Of a DNA stretch of 64,000 nucleotides, positions 60,992-64,000 are shown piece by piece (within the stretch, counting starts at the first letter, position 1; each line of letters starts with the position of its first letter). The notes beneath the pieces were generated by a model. That model worked only from the letters and a program-made list of their open reading frames with translations. It was not told the origin of the DNA and searched no databases. The translations under genes were made by a program, and so were the position numbers. The stretch is from Escherichia virus KFS-EC, in sequence record MH560358. One strand, given 5' to 3'.

Positions 60992-61704
60992 GGATCCTTA
61001 TTTGCTTCAAATACTGCCTTTGCGAATCCTCGCGGGGTAAGTGACCTGATAGTCTTTGTTTTCGTTCCTTTCCCGCCTAGCTTAGAATGCTGTTTACTGT
61101 ACCCTTTATTAATCTGCACCGGTTTCTTTTCTGGCATTATAAAGCCTTGTCCGGTCCATAAGCAAGTCTTTTTTGGGTACATATCACGGGCGGCAATATA
61201 CTCAGGAAACGTAGGATGCTTATCATCTTCCGGCAAATAACCGCCATATTCCCACGGATGGAACATGTAATCAGGCTTACGCCACATGCTAGAGATAACG
61301 CTTACAGGATTCTCTATCATGTAGGGAACTCCTAGCCATTCACCCAAATAAGCGGTTATTTTAGCTGCCCGTACATCATGAACTTGAATCAATGGTCCTT
61401 GTTCTAGTTTCTTTCGTTCAAAGTGCGCAGCGCCACTAACAGCTAAATTGGTGCACGGTGGGAATGCAAAGATAATATCCGGTTTCCCCCATTCAAGGTC
61501 CATTGCTCTTTCCAGCCAGTTCAAATCAACCCAGGTGTTTACATAGGTAATGTTTTGATGTTCAAATCGGGTATTATATTTTTTGTATGTACCGTGGTCG
61601 CCATCGTCAGCATTAAAGCAGATCACCTTATGACCCGCTTTAGCCCATTCTAACCCCATTATCCCCGATCCGTCAAAGTTGCAGAATATTAATTTTTGTT
61701 TCAT
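60988..61704 (-). CDS. compact DNA C5-cytosine methyltransferase-like protein
   Basis: Motif I-like FCNFDGSGIMG, motif IV IIFAFPPCTNLAVSG (catalytic Pro-Cys), motif VI MIENPVS in canonical order and spacing; no recognisable target-recognition region or motifs IX/X. Confidence 0.6.
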   Translation of the reverse strand: MKQKLIFCNFDGSGIMGLEWAKAGHKVICFNADDGDHGTYKKYNTRFEHQNITYVNTWVDLNWLERAMDLEWGKPDIIFAFPPCTNLAVSGAAHFERKKLEQGPLIQVHDVRAAKITAYLGEWLGVPYMIENPVSVISSMWRKPDYMFHPWEYGGYLPEDDKHPTFPEYIAARDMYPKKTCLWTGQGFIMPEKKPVQINKGYSKQHSKLGGKGTKTKTIRSLTPRGFAKAVFEANKDP

Positions 61705-61946
61705 ATACTCCCCTTTAATCCAACACAGATTTTAGAAGGTTCTTTGCCGTGCCACATTAAGTAAAGTCCGTTAATGCGGCCTTGTTTTGTATATGATTCT
61801 TTTCTGATCTTCTTATAGTGTCGTGTTTCCTCAGCCGATTGTTTAGAATACCAATCATAAAGGAAGATGAACAAAGGCCACCCATTAGCGGCCTTAATGC
61901 AGTTATTCAAAAATTCCTTATTGCGTTTAATTAATTTTCTTTTCAC
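61701..61946 (-). CDS. hypothetical protein (81 aa)
   Basis: ORF, stop/start overlap with neighbours. Confidence 0.45.
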   Translation of the reverse strand: MKRKLIKRNKEFLNNCIKAANGWPLFIFLYDWYSKQSAEETRHYKKIRKESYTKQGRINGLYLMWHGKEPSKICVGLKGSI

Positions 61947-62194
61947 GCTGCCCCCATTGGTTTGATAGTAACAGAATCTAAAAGACCTTTGTTAGCCAGT
62001 TCGCGGCAAGTTTTCAGATCCGCAACTTCCCAGCCAGCCGCAATCAGGTTATCGATTAGGCTGTTAGCAACTTCTTCGCTCATGAAAGAGCACTGTTTGC
62101 CGATGGTGTAGCGTACACGCTGTAATTTCAGTTTACGGAAGCCTTTAACGTTCAGGTCTTTAGCGATTTTCTTTGCGGTTTCGATGTTAGCCAT
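61943..62194 (-). CDS. hypothetical protein (83 aa)
   Basis: First gene after a PeSL-like cassette. Confidence 0.5.
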   Translation of the reverse strand: MANIETAKKIAKDLNVKGFRKLKLQRVRYTIGKQCSFMSEEVANSLIDNLIAAGWEVADLKTCRELANKGLLDSVTIKPMGAA

Positions 62195-62275
62195 TGTTTG
62201 ATTCTCCTAAGTGGTATCTCGTCTTGATGGTTGTATTGTAGGGGGAGTTATCCTCCCCTGTCAACACTTTTTATA
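62195..62275 (-). promoter_or_regulatory. PeSL-like early promoter cassette
   Basis: TTGACAGGGGAGGATAACTCCCCCTACAATACAACC...GGAGAATCAAACAATG (minus strand). Confidence 0.6.
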
Positions 62276-62278
62276 AAA

Positions 62279-62446
62279 TTATTTGTTAATTTCTGGTGCG
62301 TTGCTAGGATAGTAACCTTCTTTAACTCCGAGATATTTCGCAACCATCCCTACAATCTTCTGTGCTACTACAATGTCAAATTTCAGATAATCTTCGCCGT
62401 GGGTTTCAATGATATATGCTTCACATGCTGCTTTAGTCTCGAACAT
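62279..62446 (-). CDS. small hypothetical protein (55 aa)
   Basis: Below track cutoff; ATG abuts a PeSL-like cassette. Confidence 0.45.
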   Translation of the reverse strand: MFETKAACEAYIIETHGEDYLKFDIVVAQKIVGMVAKYLGVKEGYYPSNAPEINK

Positions 62447-62520
62447 TTTGATTCTCCTATTTCGTTTCGTTATGTGTGTATTATAGGGGATCTCCCGATC
62501 CCCGTCAACAACTTTTTTAA
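62447..62520 (-). promoter_or_regulatory. PeSL-like early promoter cassette
   Basis: TTGACG variant -35, GGGGATCGGGAGATCCCC inverted repeat, conserved leader. Confidence 0.55.
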
Positions 62521-62522
62521 AA

Positions 62523-62804
62523 TTATTCGTGATTAGTTTCGATGTTGTGCATTTTGCACCAGTTCAGCCAATCACCCAGATCCTGATAGTTAATGCTTTT
62601 ATCTGCTGCCATCGTTTTTGTCTTGATACCCATATGTGCGTTATGAGTAAGCATTTTTACAGTGAACTCAATTTTATCACCTTTAGCTTTAACATCAACC
62701 AGTTTGGTCCACTGGCTACCAGCGCCGCGAATGTTCATACCAACGATGTTTCCGATGTATGCTTCTTTGTTTTTCAGGATTTCGGTTGCTTTGATGAATT
62801 TCAT
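62523..62804 (-). CDS. hypothetical protein (93 aa)
   Basis: ORF preceded by PeSL-like cassette. Confidence 0.5.
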   Translation of the reverse strand: MKFIKATEILKNKEAYIGNIVGMNIRGAGSQWTKLVDVKAKGDKIEFTVKMLTHNAHMGIKTKTMAADKSINYQDLGDWLNWCKMHNIETNHE

Positions 62805-62878
62805 TTTTGATTCTCCAGTTCGTTTCGGTATGTGTGTATTATGCTATGTTCTTACTTTGGTGTCAACAACTTTTTTAG
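62805..62878 (-). promoter_or_regulatory. PeSL-like early promoter cassette
   Basis: TTGACA (62861-62866 minus) plus conserved leader. Confidence 0.6.
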
Positions 62879-63144
62879 ATATTTTCAGAAATAAATTTTA
62901 AAACTTGACGTAAATGTTTCTCATCTTTGATAGTCGCCGGAAGTTCTTCTTTTACTTCCTGTGCAAGATAGATATTTCCGTTCCAAGTGAAAGATCCGTC
63001 TTCGTTTACGCGATAGCTGAACATCCACTCGCAATCATTTTCGATTTCATATACACACAGAAGGGTGTAATCGTTAAAGTTATTGATTTCAAGGTCGAAG
63101 CCGTGACGTTTTGCAAAGTTGGTAGTGGTTTTAGTCAGCGCCAT
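62875..63144 (-). CDS. hypothetical protein (89 aa)
   Basis: ORF preceded by PeSL-like cassette. Confidence 0.5.
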   Translation of the reverse strand: MALTKTTTNFAKRHGFDLEINNFNDYTLLCVYEIENDCEWMFSYRVNEDGSFTWNGNIYLAQEVKEELPATIKDEKHLRQVLKFISENI

Positions 63145-63225
63145 TGTTTGATTCTCCTAAGTGGTATCTCGTTTCGATGTGTGTATTATGCTATAGGCGT
63201 GATTTGGTGTCAATGCCTTTTTTAA
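63145..63225 (-). promoter_or_regulatory. PeSL-like early promoter cassette
   Basis: TTGACA (63208-63213 minus) plus conserved leader. Confidence 0.6.
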
Positions 63226-63238
63226 AATTTTATGCAAT

Positions 63239-63263
63239 AAAAAGCCGACGCTAAGGTCGGCTA
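63239..63263 (-). terminator. intrinsic terminator (minus orientation)
   Basis: AGCCGAC-GCTAAG-GTCGGCT hairpin with T-run on minus strand. Confidence 0.6.
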
Positions 63264-63269
63264 ATAAAA

Positions 63270-63578
63270 TCATTTAGACAAATAATCATTCTGTGCAATC
63301 CGGTCGGCGTATGCTGGTGTTATGTCAATCGCCAACACTTTAACGCGTGCTTTCTTGCGACCTGGGTTTTCTCGTAACCAGTGCTCATGACCGTGAACAT
63401 TTTTATACTGAGATGCTTCTTCGAAGGTACGGATCGGACCTGGGTAATCAGCGTAAAGGATCTCTAGGTCATCGGTGATGTAAAAATATACATCATAATT
63501 ACTGTTCTCTAGTTTAAGCAGAGAGTTGCGAAATTGTGGTAAATTCTCGCGGGTAAATTCAACTACAAGATTTTTCAT
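63270..63578 (-). CDS. hypothetical protein (102 aa)
   Basis: ORF; no recognisable motif. Confidence 0.45.
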   Translation of the reverse strand: MKNLVVEFTRENLPQFRNSLLKLENSNYDVYFYITDDLEILYADYPGPIRTFEEASQYKNVHGHEHWLRENPGRKKARVKVLAIDITPAYADRIAQNDYLSK

Positions 63579-63628
63579 AGTGATATCCTCATTCAGATAG
63601 ATTAAAAGGGGGCTTAACGCCCCGTATA

Positions 63629-63916
63629 TTAAAACAGTCCTTCCTGTACACCGTAGTAGAGTTCGTCGCTGATAATTTCATTAATGCGACGGTGTGCATA
63701 TTCCTGATTTGCGAAGTTGTCAGCAAGTTCTACTTTAGTTTCGCCGTCATGAGTCCATTTAGTGATAACTTTACCATCTGCAAATTTGAAGTTGAACTCT
63801 TTAGCTACTGCATCGCGTACCAGACGTGCGAACTTGTTGTTACGGATTGCATTATCGGTTTCGTGTGCAGCGTGAGCGAATTTGTTAACTTTCAGAGTGA
63901 TAGTAATGTATGCCAT
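63629..63916 (-). CDS. hypothetical protein (95 aa)
   Basis: ORF preceded by PeSL-like cassette. Confidence 0.5.
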   Translation of the reverse strand: MAYITITLKVNKFAHAAHETDNAIRNNKFARLVRDAVAKEFNFKFADGKVITKWTHDGETKVELADNFANQEYAHRRINEIISDELYYGVQEGLF

Positions 63917-64000
63917 AATTTGATTCTCCTAGTTAGAAAGTGTATCTCGTTTCGATGGGGATATTATGCTATATCCCCGATCCGGTGTCAACACTTTTTA
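63917..64000 (-). promoter_or_regulatory. PeSL-like early promoter cassette (runs to window edge)
   Basis: TTGACA (63986-63991 minus), GGGGATAT...ATATCCCC inverted repeat, conserved leader. Confidence 0.55.

Overview
This window reads as a T4-like (Tevenvirinae-type) myovirus morphogenesis block, largely collinear with T4 genes 57B-57A-1-3-2-4-53-5-5.1-5.4-6-7-8-9-10-11-12-wac-13-14-15-16-17-18-19-20-67-68-21-22-23-24 ... hoc-inh-uvsW-uvsY-25-26-51-27-28-29-48-54-alt. Assignments rest on reading the translated ORFs for family motifs (for example the T4-lysozyme-like YPTIGIGHL segment and beta-helix repeats in gp5, the SRQLGKT Walker A in gp17, the foldon-like C-terminal motif in fibritin, R/STS/ExE in Alt) and on gene order; T4 comparisons are from memory, not from a search. 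The late-gene backbone is interrupted by accessory modules. The strongest candidates for an undescribed system are (1) an early-promoter-driven five-gene operon at 60139-62275 encoding a compact C5-cytosine-methyltransferase-like protein lacking a target-recognition region, a Cys4 zinc-ribbon protein and a DUF262/ParB-like protein, and (2) a terminator-bounded, early-promoter-driven three-gene insertion between genes 8 and 9 (18258-19804) encoding a gamma-class-like N6-adenine methyltransferase. Other insertions are an HNH-AP2 homing endonuclease (between 5.1 and 5.4), a GIY-YIG/NUMOD endonuclease (between 13 and 14), a second Alt-like ADP-ribosyltransferase translationally coupled to a lipoprotein, and a DprA/SLOG-like protein where T4 carries rnlB. 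Both ends of the window are hyperplastic regions of small minus-strand genes, each preceded by a conserved ~75-bp promoter-plus-stem-loop-plus-leader cassette that resembles the PeSL cassettes reported for T4-type phages. No tRNA, rRNA or CRISPR array was recognised. All coordinates were counted by hand and small features may be off by a few bases.
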